Shown: positions 36,970 to 51,279 of the stretch, piece by piece
Layout of the letters: every line of letters begins with the position of its first letter
Numbering within the stretch: position 1 is the stretch's first letter
Assembly (NCBI RefSeq): GCF_006345805.1
Contig: NC_043015.1
Location: 8,370,001-8,434,000 of the forward strand
Direction: 5' to 3'
Length of the DNA: 64,000 bases
Origin: Octopus sinensis
Taxonomy: Eukaryota
Position numbers and translations under genes: made by a program
The notes under the pieces: model-generated
What the model was told of the DNA's origin: nothing
The model's database searches: none
What the model saw: the letters and a program-made list of their open reading frames with translations, nothing else

Positions 36970-39490
36970 ATATATATATATATATACATATATACACACA
37001 CACGCACACACAGACACTACCACACTACAGAACTAAGAGACACCACGTGTTAGTAGGACCCCTACCGAAGACTCCGAGCTGCAGACCGATGTCTCAGGTT
37101 GCACGTATTGGCTTCTAGCAGCAGAAACCTGGTCTACAACGGGCATTTCACACAGAGATCGTTTGCTGTTACTTTCGGGTATGTATCTATATATCGACCA
37201 ATCCCTCTATCTATCTACACATGTATACGCATGTTTGTATTTGTCGTTTAATGTGAGTGTTTATAGACTCTACGTATCACCCCGTGTGCACGCAGCTGTG
37301 TATATTTCTGAAATATGCATATTTACGAACCTCAACATATTTAAATTAAACTGAAGTTCAAAAAATATCATTATGAGATTGAAACAATGTGGAATTTCAT
37401 TGATTTATTTTTCTATTATGAGGATGGGATCTGAAACAATTGCGTTAATAGCGAGATGATGTATCAATAGTGGTAAGCTGCATTGTACATCATATTTAAC
37501 AGATACGATTGCAGTATTTTATATATTTGTAGTTAAGAGAATATAATAACTTATCAGAACGGGAAAGACAATAGTTTCATGAAATGTGAGAACATTTGCT
37601 GTTGATACAGTGTTCTGTGTGGGAATTTTTATTTTCTGATTGAACAATTCGCGGTGCTACATGATAGAAAGAAGGGAACAGATTCAGTATTGAGACTAAC
37701 TTACAAGCGCTACATTTCAATAATTATTTAACTAGAGTCTCCCGTTTGCTAATATTTGTAGTATTTTGTTCTCTAAAGTCGATAGCTCATGTATTGAACG
37801 ATGTTGGATTAGTACGAAATATAGAGATTGATACTTTAAGAATTTCATATTTTTTTCTTTCCTTAATGCTAGCAGATCTCCGGAGCAGATTAATACATTT
37901 ACTTGAATTCTTCTCGTAGTAAATATTGTACAGTTCCACCTGTAATATAGATACATAGAAGTGTAGACGTGTATATTAATTTACAGTGCCCAATGAAATA
38001 ACCAGTAGTATTTAGCCAATTTTATTACGCTTTAATGAGATCAACAGTATACCATTTTGGATCTTGTTTCAACTATATAGATATTATTATATTTGTAGAG
38101 TGTGGATAGGCCTATGTTTAGAAATTCTTATAAAGTAATTTCATGTAGACATGCGTATGGAATGAATGTAGTATTTCGCACGATTGAAAATTTGTACTAG
38201 AAAACTTTTTCGCTTATTGGACATTCGCAATATGTTAAGTTCATAATAATACTTGTCAGTCCTGAGAATGGGAAAGGAACATAGATATATTAAGATGCTA
38301 ATAATGATTACCATAACAAATGCGATGCGAAAGTTTTCTCGTGGTGCCAATAATATACTGAAAATATCAATGCAATTAGAAATATTGAATATGCTTATAT
38401 CAGGTACATGTTACTTTCTGACGTGTTATACAAAAATAGCAGCGTACAATACAGATTTGCAGTTTTTCGTGATACGTTCAAACATTTTGCATTATTCAAT
38501 CATGAAATCTAGTGTTCACGTTCTTTCTCTATTTAAATGTCCGAAAAAAGTCGCTGAAATTCTACTACATAATCTTTTGTTTTATATCTATATGGATCAA
38601 AATACATAAATTTGCATACTTTCTGTAAATAATAAGATTGACATCATTAACATTATATTTAAAAGCCTACATGCTCAGGTATAATATTCCAGGGAACTGA
38701 TCTAATGGCAAGACACGGCTTGGAATATTGACAACAACAAAATAGTCGACGAGATATCGGGATAAGTTTAGCTGAGCAAAAGATTGGTGTAGCTACGGTC
38801 ATAATAGCTGCAGAGACGATGAGATCTGCGCTAGGAAATGGAATAACTGGAGAGAGCGCAGTATCGGTCTAGAAAGGGAGTATGTTCGTAAGTAATAGCT
38901 TGCCAGTCAGACGGAGTTTTCTTGATGCAGTCCAGCTTCGGTGTGTGTAGCATCGATTCCGTTTCAGATTTGTGTAGGTTGATAAATTATGGACATTATT
39001 TAAGAATTGTAGTATGTCAGCAGCTGTTGGAGGAGGTGAAAGAAGAAGCGGCCCGAAATGAGAAACATTTGTCTTCAGGATGCGGTCCTAGACACTCAAA
39101 GTATTATATATGACAAGAAAACTCCAAGGATAGTGAAGGTGAAAAATGCGAGGACCCGTGGGAATTTTAGGGCAGTACAACTTCGAAATACTGGTTATAT
39201 ATATATATACACACTAACAAATTGAGGAAGACAAATCCTTCAAAGAGGTATGTTAAGCATCTAATTCACTCGTACTTCAGTTGGATACCATACAAATATT
39301 GTTAAAATTAGATAATAAAGTAGATAAAATATAGAGATACTCTATTGTCATTCAATAATTTAATTAATTTAAAATATATTAAATACTATGTATATAATAA
39401 ATACCATAAAACATAGCATAATATTATATAAATAATTATAGACACCGTAAAAGTGCAACAAATAGTTTCGGCTAAAATATATGTATATAT

Positions 39491-40265
39491 ATATATAGAA
39501 AAAAGTAAAGAGTGAAAAAACTACAGAAGGCTGAAATGTTAAAAAATATATATATTTGCGTCAATACGTCTGAAGAATATTAGAAAATTTGAAAAACAAA
39601 TTTTTTTCTCTTATAATAACATAATTTAAAAGAAAGACCGGTTTCACGTGTATCTTTTCAAATTTCTTGCGACGTTATGTTTATGTTGAATAGAGTTTTC
39701 GTTATGTTTATGTTCAGGAGAGTTCAGCACACTGCATCGACAACAGATTGCATTCCCAGAATATAGAATGATACCTTTTAGTGAGCACATTGAGAAATGC
39801 GCAAAACAACTACTACCGCAATTATTAATCTTTCCCTTTTACCAATGTGCTTTCGGATCATCAACACAAATTAGACTAAACAAGGAAACATTCTTCATTG
39901 AAAAGTACAAGCCCAGACTCAACCATCTGAACATACTGATACAGAGAAATTCACAGCAAGGGAAAGGAAAAAAAAATTAAGCGATTATCTCCTTACACCG
40001 GAAGAAATCACTCACTACCTTCCCTTACTTAGAACTCTCCTGAACATAAACATAACGAAAACTCTATTCAACATAAACATAACGTCGTAAGAAATTTGAA
40101 AAGCTATACGCGAAACCGGTCTTTCTTTTAAATTATGTCATTATAAGAGAAAAAAATTTTTTTTTTAATTTTCTAATATTCTTCAGACATATTGACCCAA
40201 ATATATATATTTTTTAACATTTAAGCCTTCTGTAGTTTTTTCCCTCTTTATTTTTTTCTATATAT
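39491..40265 (+). mobile_element. 5'-truncated Penelope-like insertion: inverted terminal repeat, GIY-YIG C-terminus, terminal repeat
   Basis: Arms 39491-39725 / 40032-40265 are reverse complements; the interior encodes LHRQQIAFPEYRMIPFSEHIEKC..RLNKETFFIEKYKPRLN. Confidence 0.85.
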
Positions 40266-40615
40266 TCACCCACGTGCTTTCACAAACCAACTTTCTTATC
40301 TATATACATATATACAGTATATACAAAATAAGAAAATGGAGAAATACACCTTAATCAATAATCAACTACCAGATAATACCCAATCACATAATTTATTAAC
40401 CCACTACATATGAACACCAAGATCAAATATAATAGTACGGAACAAAACAATGCACATCAATAAGTAATATGATACAATAAATACAATATGTATAAGTGAA
40501 TATAAATAAATATAAATATAAACTACATATTACAGCTGTTTCAGCCATGTAGATATGGGTATCTCATTATGCTCATATTAGCCATGAGTGCATATACCCA
40601 TGCTCCTATATATAT

Positions 40616-40659
<44 letters not shown>

Positions 40660-41427
40660 CACAATAATATACAACAGTATACATACATATGTTCTATATT
40701 CAAGGTTACAGTTGGTCAAATCCATATATTAGAATATTACAATATACAAACATACACATAACTATATTCAAATGCACATATACAAAGTGAAGAGTTCATT
40801 ATATTAAGTTACAAAATGCTATTAATATTACCATCATTATTATTACCATTACCACCATTGCTACTAATATTATTATTATTATTATTATTAATAACAATAA
40901 TACCAGCAAAATAACATATACATCACGCGGTTCACACTACATATTATGTGGAAAAAAAAATTGGTGGAATACATCAACAGCATAATATATTGGAATAGCA
41001 ACATAATAGCAACAGCAACAATAATAATAATACAGTACAATGCAAAATATTTTAGATCGGCAAATACATATAAAATGAAAAATATTGATTTACATCATAG
41101 CAAAGTCCACAAGTGTACATGCATATAAATGCATAATATATTTCAAAGGACGATACAGTTAAGAAATTTCAATCCACAGCCAGCGAAATTCACTTCATTA
41201 TATCTCAATCACATATTAATTGAAACATTTTTATGTCGAAGATAGTCTCTTGTCATCAAAACATGCAAAAATAAAATATGTGCGTACATAAAAGTAATTA
41301 TGTATATTATTAAGTAACTAATTCTTCTACGTGTATCTAAAATGTTTTTGTTGTTTTTAATAGTAACTGATGAAATACATATATATATACATATATATAT
41401 GTTGTTTTTAATAGTAATTGATGAAAT

Positions 41428-41479
<52 letters not shown>

Positions 41480-41999
41480 ATATATATATATACATACATG
41501 AGTAGTGGTTGAGTCTTCTGTTAGAAAAGATAAGGTTAGCATCACACAACAGAGAAATACTGTCAACTTCATTACGATTTAATAACTACTGTGTACCGTT
41601 ATGGATTCGGTTTCTAAAACAGGAAGTTTTTGGTGGAATTTCCATTTCACTGAAATCAATTCGTAGGCTTTTCAAAGTGAATAATATAAAATGCTTATAT
41701 TCTATTTGGGAGACATTACGATGTTCAACTGCTCATCATGTGGGATGAAATACACATTTTAAGTCCTAGTATATACTGAGTTCTCCATAAATTGTAATTA
41801 GGGCTCACGTGTGTCTGCATGAATAACAAGTGGAGTAATGATTGCGTAAACAACAACGACAACAACACACTCCTCACCACAGGCAAAGAAAAATGATTCA
41901 CTCCAACAACAGAAACTAATACCAGCTGCACAAGAGTATGCAACAGCAAGATCAGCGACAACGACAACAACAGAATATCAACATACTGTTGTATTTTAC

Positions 42000-42805
42000 T
42001 GACCTGCAGTGTTCGGTTTTTATCAAGCTTGAACTGCTATGGTGTTGCATATTGCATTCGCCTTTGTTCGGAGTGTATCAAAATTTCAATCGTGTGTTTT
42101 CAGCTTGATTTGCTTTCATACGAGAAAATGATTTACTGAAATCTATACATTAATATCACATAAACTATCTACATATTCTCATTTCTTGTCCACGAATAGC
42201 GTTCCTCCCTAGATAACGCTTCATGAATTTTACTCCTGAATATCATCCATTATTCCTTCAAATTACAATGTTCCTTATCTCTCCTATCAGCTCTTCTATT
42301 GTATTTCTTTGGAAATTTACTACACCAATCTTATAATTCCCGACCTCAGCAGAAACACGAATTCACCAAGCGTTAATCTGTTCATAGCTGCTTTTACGCT
42401 TTAGCTCGATTCTAAAGACTAAATGTCTTTCCATGAATATTCATTACCGAACATATCCTCTTTATCTCATCAAAATCTCATTCTCCTAATTTACAAATAG
42501 GTGTAACTACATGGTTTATGATTTCCTTATTGATATCATAAATTACATATGTTATTCATAAAATGTTTTCCCGACCCATAATATATAGATTTTACGATGG
42601 TAGGATGGAGCAGGGATACAATGTCTAACACTTGCGAAAGAAATACCACAAGCAAATTAATAGGAAACGAGCCATTATTTGTTTTCTTATCGATCTTCAT
42701 AAAAATGGCAGAAACATATACGTAAGCTCTCACAAAGAAACACGCAGACAAATAAAATTATACACACGCACGCGTACACACACACACGTACATGTATATG
42801 TATGT

Positions 42806-42869
<64 letters not shown>

Positions 42870-44000
42870 ATATGTATATATTTATATACACACATATATA
42901 AACACATGGCTACTGTCACAGACATACATGCACACACACACACGTGTGCACACACATACACACACACACACATATACGAGGATGGTAGTTGCCATCGTAA
43001 TGTCGTTTATATATAAATATAGAACATATAGAAAACAAGTCTTTAATCTCTGCAGGCAAAGTAATTAAGGTGATGCCGATAAATCGAATGCCTTCTATAT
43101 CATTGTGCTTTTTATATTTATTTATGTACGCTTTGTTTTAACATATCCTGTACCAGGAAAGTTTACCTTTTGCTGATGCAGTAGAATAAGAACCCTTATT
43201 CACTGAATCAGTATTTGGTGCTTCATCTACTATAGACATCAGGGCTTTCTCTCTTCATGTCTTTAAATTACGAGGTTGAAATACACCAATGATGACTCAA
43301 ATCTTTTGTATCATTATGGAACTTTCAAACAATCTTCGCGTCTGCTTTTGTTTCCAGTTTTCCTACTTATTTTGATTGCTTATACTTTCATCTGCCCAGG
43401 TTCGCCAAAATTAATACTCATATCTAATAAGGAAATTCTTCATTCTTTGTTAGAGACTGACTCACTGACTTTTACTGTCCATACGCATAAATTACGATAT
43501 TAATCAGTTTCTCAATCGTATCTCGTATATCAACAGCTGATATTTACTTTCGGATGAAGTGTTCTATGCATAAGAAAGAAGTTTTCTCATTTTTCTGTCA
43601 AATGCATTTATTTGATCATTCATCGAATTTGTTATTTCACTACCGCAACGGAAATCGGTACCAATCACGGGTTGAGATACATACAAGGATTAATTCCTTC
43701 GAATATATTGCATTCGTCTTAAATTCTTATTGGCTAATCATCGAGTATACCACAGCCTTACTATATCGTTCCATATTTATCATCTATTGAAAACCGTTTC
43801 CTGTTATGAACATACAAACTATATAATATCAACCTTCATTCCAAAAACATAGAATCTTTCGAACAAGACTGAATGAACTAAATCAAAAAGTTACTTAAGT
43901 CATATCCGACATTTGCAGACTATCAGAGCAGGTTTTAAGAGCTAGGAAGAGCCCCACAACAACCATGCAACATCCATCTATCATTGATACAATAACTTGT
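42000..44000 (-). mobile_element. Highly degraded RTE-like LINE relic (endonuclease region ~43100-44000, RT region ~42000-42500)
   Basis: Faint motifs (GCGILDD, GRNAI.., CIDFSKSF) in the expected order; many stops. Confidence 0.4.
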
Positions 44001-44289
44001 AGTACCCAACCTCGATGAACACTTACATTCACAAACAAAAATCACTATACTTATCCCACCACACTTATTTCTTTTTATTAGTAATTATAATCAATTATTG
44101 TAAGCCTAGTTTTATAGACATATGGCAATACCAAGTGTATCTACCTACATCCCAGAATTGATACATAAATGCGTAAATTAGCGCAATGATATGACTAGCG
44201 CACACCGAAAGTTTTAAATCATAATGTGCCGCTATGTATATTACTTGTTTTCACCAGGATTTTATGCGTAGTATTTGTAACACAGGTTA

Positions 44290-45690
44290 AGATCTTGGAG
44301 CAGACATCCGAGGATACAGCTTTCAATGTGATTACTTCAATAATATTTGCATGTTTGTTTTCGTATGTTTGTCGACTGCAGCAATGAACAGGGGTGATAT
44401 TGCTCAGTTAATCAGGAACACCTTAGAAGAGTATGCCATTCCTTTGAGTGACTGCAGGGTGCAAGCACATGACAATGCCGCTATCATTGCAAGAAAGTAC
44501 AATGACACTCAAGCAAAAATACATGAGCAGTGTTCAGTGGCTATCTTTTCGCCATGTGGATGTCATCCTCTCAATTTATTTGGAAACGATGCAGCAACGT
44601 TCCTACAAGAAGTCATGGCATTTTGGAACAGTTCATATTATGTATAGTTTGTTTCGGTCCAGTGCAAATCGATGGGAATTACTTCAAACGCTCACAGGTT
44701 ATTCTCTACATAGCATGTCAGAAACCAGGTGGTCGGATAGATTCAATGTATCAAACCTTCTGCATCACACCTTACAGGGATATCGTTAGCATTATTAGGT
44801 CTTTTAGAACTTAACGTAACAGCAAAGGAAAGGATAAAATAGAGTATTAGCATTCTTAACATATTTTATTCGTGTGGTAATGTCGACGGCTCGGTACGAA
44901 TTTTTAGCTTCTATAGATATTTGCAACAAGGTGATTCAAGTCAGAGTTGCCACAATGGAGGTGTCCAAATTGATACTCTCCTTGAAGATTTATTGAACTG
45001 AAAAAATATCCAATGGAAAGCCAAAAAGGTTGTATTGAATCTTTAGATGATAATCAAACTTTGCCATCGGCGTGATCGGAAAACAATAATGAAGCACGAT
45101 GACGCAAGCACACATGGCGCCAACCTGGAGGAAATGATGGTACGTATGGTTACCCAGAACGGTCCTATTTCAGAAAAGAATGTGCTTTATATTTTGATTA
45201 ATGACGTTGTTGCAAGCTTAATGCTGTTAAGAGGTTGGCTGAAAATGTTGATGTTTAGTTATGGGAATAACTCACAATCTCTCAGTGACAAAAAATGAGC
45301 TATGAAATAAAGTAAAATGTTTTGTACATCAATACACTGCAGATGGCAAACATTTTTAGATGAAATGCAGCATTCGACATAAGTACATAAAGCTAATTTG
45401 GCAAAAACCAGGACTGAAATCTCTAGAATTGTAAAATTTGTTAACGGACTATAAATCGCATGGTATATTTGCAAATGTCTATATTAGTTTAAGGATATTG
45501 TTGACAATTCCAGCTACAATGACATCACGTGAAGGTAAAATATCTTTTAGTAATCTCAAACTTATGAAAAAATATTTCAGGTCTACTATGTGTTAAACCA
45601 GACTTCTTGATCTAGCACGAGCGAGTATTGAAACTGTGATTGCCAGGGAAACTGTTTTTGATATTGTTATTAGAAATTTTGAAAACAAAA
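44290..45690 (+). mobile_element. Degraded hAT-superfamily transposase
   Basis: DCRVQAHDNAA..FSPCGCHPLNL, SMSETRWSDR, and a C-terminal dimerisation-like SFSNLKLMKKYFRSTM..RLLDLARASIE. Confidence 0.85.
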
Positions 45691-45722
45691 AAGCCACAAA
45701 AGACATTTTAATTAGTACTCTA

Positions 45723-45990
45723 ATAAAAATAAATAAATGCGCCCTTTTAAAGAATAGCCTTTTAACGACATGGGCCCGGTTTTCCGGTTTCTATGGTGTA
45801 TGTGTTCCTCAGCTGGACAGGACGCCAGTCCATCACAGCTTTACTCATTTTCACCAGCTGAGTGGACTGGATTAACGTGAAATGAAGTGTTTTGCTAAAT
45901 AACACAACGCGTCGCCTGGTCCAGGAATCGAAACCACAATCTTATGATCATGGTGCTGACACCTTAAGCACTAAGCCACGCGCCTCCACA
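45723..45990 (-). mobile_element. tRNA-headed SINE (type E) with a 13-bp TSD
   Basis: TSD aattagtactcta at 45710-45722 and 45991-46003; B box ggtttcgattcc. Confidence 0.92.
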
Positions 45991-48144
45991 AATTAGTACT
46001 CTAGTTAAATGCTAATTTTTTTTTCACTTTTTAAAACGCATTTACCTATGAAATGTCCGAAAGAGTGATCGGTGAATTCAACTGCAAATATTGATTTATG
46101 CAGCTGCATTAACTGAAAAAATGTTTTTTTTTTTATATTATGTTATATCTGATCATGGAAATAAAGCATTCACGAGAGTTTACATGTCGGTTTAATAGAC
46201 ATCACATTTTCAATGTTGGGAAAAATCGTTGTCTACCTCAAGGCAGCGACATGGTGTTGTACCACCTTGCTAAATTTCTCTTGAAGGCCCTGTATCAGAG
46301 TGTTATTATCAAGAATAAATAAATCACGTTTAGCATTTCTGTCATTGCTGATATAACGATGAAACTTGAGACATTTTCCTGAATACTTTAATGACAGATA
46401 ATAGTATGCCTCGCCAATGAAATGTTGGGTTATGTGTCATATTAAACTTTTCACCTTTAATTCTTTATATTTGTCTTTATTTTGTCAGTAGCGATGCGTT
46501 TGTCGGCAGCGATCAGTTCAGAAAGTTTGCTTTTTGATTTCGTCAGACACATCTCGGAATTATCTTTGACATTTGCTCCCGAGTTAACACCAGCTATTAT
46601 CTGGACATGATGCCCATCCCTCTCGGCAAATTTTTTTGTTTAATGAAACGTAAATACTGAGGGAAGATTCGCCGATATTTGTACAGACTTATCAAAAGAG
46701 ATTATTTTACCCCAATATGATCGAAAATTCAGCGAACATTCTGGATCTGCATGTGTATCAGCATTGTGAATCTGCATTCTGAAATAAAAGAGCTCATGTC
46801 GATTTTACTAGAATAATGGTACAAAATTCTGCTAACAGTTCTTTAACATGGGTATTAGTTTCTCGATGTATGACTATCATTGGAGTCAAATGAGGATCGA
46901 TTCCGGTATTAATAATGAACCGTCACTTTAAGTCGGTGTGCTCATAATTTTTTCTGATCCCAGTATTGAGACAAATACAACCAAAAACATATATACTAGC
47001 GGGACCATATAATTATCCTTCCAATTACCTCTTCGTAATGTTCATCATATGAAGAACTATGAAATAAGATACATGCCAGCTATTCCTATCTGCTGTAAGA
47101 AAACCGGAGCAATTTAATTGGGAAACTAAACTTCATTACAAGAAGACCAATATTGCAATGTCGTCGAGAGTTTAATTTCTGTGGGAAGCATTGTTGTTAG
47201 TATTGTTCCGGCATATGTAGTTTCCACAGCAGCCCTCGAAGAGTAAGACCGATTTCTGAAACAGTATGGCGTACATGAGAATAGAAATTCTGAGAAAGAT
47301 GAACGTTTTAATGGAACCTGAAATCCTGATATATATAATGTACTGGTCCTAGATATTTTCTAAATTTACATACATACCCACATGCGTGTGTGTGTGTTTG
47401 TGTGTAGAAATATAACATCGTAACGGTTGGAGTATTCTAAGATATAGACATATATAAATTAATATAAATTAGCCTCCTTTATTTCCAATATTCATTGTCA
47501 TGGTGGAACACATTTATGTTACATAATAATGCGTCTGAGGAATTATGTGATGTAAATAGTGAATACTGATGCAGACTTTAAGAACATGCTGATATATTGA
47601 AATAGGATTTTTACTAAGCATCAAAGAACATGAATAGATGAAAGGCTTATAATTTCGAATATGAATACACAAAATAATCTGAGTAAAAGAGATTTATCTA
47701 AAACGCACAGCAAATTCAATAGACATCTTTGTATAACAAGATTCGTAATATGAAAAAATGAAAAAGTGTTCAGTGCATTGGAACCAGTAAAATATGTATA
47801 AGAAAACGTTTTAGTGCTTTAAAAGAGCAAATGCTCATTGAAAATATACACTATATAGATTTAATATATATATTAATATATAATTTCAGATGTTTATATT
47901 TCGTATTGAAAAGAAGAAAGCATCGTTTAGATATCAGATTGCATTGAATGCGGATAACATATCCTTCTAAGCTTTTGGTAGTTTTTAATCCGGTGATTAA
48001 TATTCCAAATGAAATTAATGTAAAAGTCACACATAGGTTATTTCATAAGTTTGAAATTTTATTCTAATATATATATCTATATCTATATCTATCTATCTAT
48101 CTATCTATCTCCATATACAAACACACACACACACACACACACAC

Positions 48145-48233
<89 letters not shown>

Positions 48234-48654
48234 AAAGGTAAAAAGTAAAAACATGGAAAATAATTTCAGCGAATGTTTCATTTAAAATTATGTTAGGTGG
48301 CATCGGGCATATTTATTGAAATGCCTGTAATGAATCAGATCTTTCTCATATAAAAAACGCCTTTACTTGAAACTATAATTTAAAAGGTGGGATCAAGTGA
48401 GCAAGAGGATAACAGCTAAATCGGGGCTACTATGAGTAAATGTTGATTGAATTTAGACTTTGAATTAGAGGATCCGAGAATTGGAAGTATGTTTGATCTG
48501 GATGCTTACATTCACATTGTAAGCATCACATTTATTCAAAGCAGCAGTCTTAGACTTCTTCCGATACCATATAGATGCTGGTGAAGTCAATGCTGACGGA
48601 CGAAAGCGGCAAATACCACAACATCTAATGCATTTAGAACAGAGTGACTCCGAC

Positions 48655-48840
48655 TAGCAGGCCAGCAATTTCGTGTGAGGGGGTAATTCGATTATATCGA
48701 CATCCGTACTCAACTGGTATTCGTTTAATCAAACCCGAAAGGATGAAAGGCAAAGGTGACCACTGCGGAATTTGAGTTCAGAACGTGCAGAGAGAGGGAA
48801 GAAATACTGCTGAACATTTCGCCAGCGCGCAAACTTTACG
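48655..48840 (-). mobile_element. Degraded type D SINE
   Basis: cccgaaaggatgaaaggcaaaggtgaccactgcggaatttgagttcagaacg matches the 9190 family. Confidence 0.75.
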
Positions 48841-48849
48841 ACTAGTGGC

Positions 48850-49035
48850 CGCATCGTTAACACACCGGCAAAATGCTTAGTGGTATTTCGCTGTTCTGAG
48901 TTCGAATTCCGCCGAAGTTGTGTTTGCTATTCATTTTTTGGTGGTCGATAAATTAAGATCAGTTGAACACTGGGGTTGATATAATTGAATAACAGCCTCT
49001 CCCGAAATGCCTTGCTTTGTTCCAACATATGAAGC
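48850..49035 (+). mobile_element. Degraded type D SINE, head-to-head with the previous copy
   Basis: cggcaaaatgcttagtggtatttcg..gttctgagttcgaattccgccgaag..ggtcgataaattaag..ctggggttgat. Confidence 0.75.
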
Positions 49036-50911
49036 CTATCTTATCTCTTTGTCTACTTGCACAACTATTGCAACCACCACCATCACCAATACAAACTAGT
49101 GCTGCAGCAAATGCTGCTGTAACTGCTACTGCTACTATTGCTGCTCATACAACTGTTGCTTCTACTTCTATTTTTATTTCTACTTAAGCATGTTTCTGTG
49201 GTTACCACATTTGAAAATTTGCTGCTCATTTGTTCTGATATTTTCTCACCTTGTAGGTCACTGGGGAAAAATGACCAAATGCACTAACTTGTATGGATCG
49301 AACGAATAGTGCAATAAATGTGACACTAGGAACCCAAGACAAACATACCTACATATCCTTAGGTTACAAATTTACCCACCTCTCAAACTGCAAGCCAAAA
49401 ATATTTCCTTTGATTTGAAATATTCCCTTTTCTTATTTGGAACATTAATATAATTCATATGTAATACCTTTAACTTGAGAGAACATGCAAGTTTTATTGA
49501 CAAAAAAGAAATGACACACCGCTTATAGCGATGTATATGGCGCGCTTTTTCTATTCATAAATTTAACAAAAGTTGCCATGCCTATGAAGAGATGCATGAT
49601 GTAACATATTAAATTCGTACTTCCCACAAAATAATCCTTTTTCCCAATGAAAAGTAGGTGTTTCTCTTGGGAGAAATATACCAGCACATACTGTTGGTCA
49701 CATTACAATATGTTCATTTAGTGATTTGGCCTTTTCACGGAGACAATGGCATTTGATGTTGAAATGATACATAAAAGATTTAAATAATTCGAAAGTACGA
49801 AAGATACGTTTGATATCATCTGTGGGATGGGTGTAAATGAAAGAATTCTTTGAAGCCTAATCATATAAAATTATGTATGTGATTGTAAATGAATTTGTCG
49901 GTAATTGTGATAGAGGGTGACGAGTAACACCTATATTGCTGGAAATATGTGTTATAAAGCCTTAGAACTGCAAGATACAGGTTTCCATATACTGATAGTG
50001 AAGATAACCGTCCCTTAGGAGAAGCTGGCTTACTATACTAGACTTGTTTCACCTGAAAATTACAAGCTTTTCAGTAGGAATATATAGAGGGGTTTCAATA
50101 CGACACAACATTTGGCAAATGTGTAAGAATCGCTTGTAGGCAATAGGATTAGCAATAAAGCTTCAGCATAATAAGGAAAATATTTTCTGTATAATTATGC
50201 ACCTCTTCTAATTTAGTAACACCATTCTCATTTTTCAGTTGCCAACTCACCTACTTTATTTCTCCTACATATTATTCTCGTGTCCTTCCCTTCTACATTT
50301 TATTTCCCTTTCTTCCTTCTCCTTCTTCTCTCTGTTTCTTGTTCCTACCTTTCCTGTCAGTTTGTGCAAGTTCCTGTTGTCTGATCTTCCCCATTATTTG
50401 CAGTGCGTTACCTAAGCCCAGAGTATGTAAATCCCACCCGTCTTTCGTTTATTTGTTTTCTCGCTGTCATTTTGCAGCAGTAAATGTACGATGTCCAAAT
50501 CGTACGATGAAGCACAACTAATACGATAACTTCACTGTTCTGTAAAAATACAGAGATTTTATATAATTATGTGCTTGTGTGCTGGTGAGTGTGAGTATCC
50601 TTGTATATATACAACATTGATAAATATGTAAAATATCAATATATGCGCGGGCATATGTTACGTAAACATTTCTATGATATTCATAACAGTGCATCGCACA
50701 ATCTTAGCAATATTAAATCTACGTATTCAAAACAATATTTCAGCAATATTATACTCTAACACATGAACATTAACTTACTGAAACGTAGTGGAATATATTA
50801 CTGCATCGTTTCTACACATGCCTTATATATAAAACCAGCCTGCTATCTGAGTGTGTATAAGGGCTTACACGCGCATAGACATACGCGCACTCCTAACCCA
50901 CACACATATCA

Positions 50912-51279
50912 GTGGCACTCCGTCGGTTGCGCGACGAGGGTTCCAGTTGATCCGATCAACGGAACAGACTGCTCCTGAAATTAACGTGCAAGTGGCTGAG
51001 CATTCCTCAGACTCGTGTATCCTTAATGTAGTTCTCGGGGGAGGTTGAGAGTGTGACAAGGCTAGCCGTTTGAAATATAGGTACAGCAAAAACAGGAAGT
51101 GTATAAGAAAGTTGTGTTGACAGATTACAGCAGGGTTCGCCACCACCCGCTGCTGGAGCGTCGTGGAGCTTTAGGTGTTTTTCGCTTAATATACACTCAC
51201 AAAGCCCGATCTGGGAATCGAAACGGTGATCCTACGACCGTGAGTCCGCTGTCATAACCACTGAATCATTGCGCCTCCA
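50912..51279 (-). mobile_element. Type B tRNA-headed SINE
   Basis: Reverse complement of 26741-27126 across head, body and tail. Confidence 0.88.

Noticed and set aside
38690-39190. GC-richer island with a 63-aa ORF
   Set aside because: No recognisable motif or splice structure; probably an old retroelement fragment.
46500-47280. Moderately GC-rich stretch, perhaps an L1/Tx1 RT relic
   Set aside because: Only faint similarity, with many stops in all frames.
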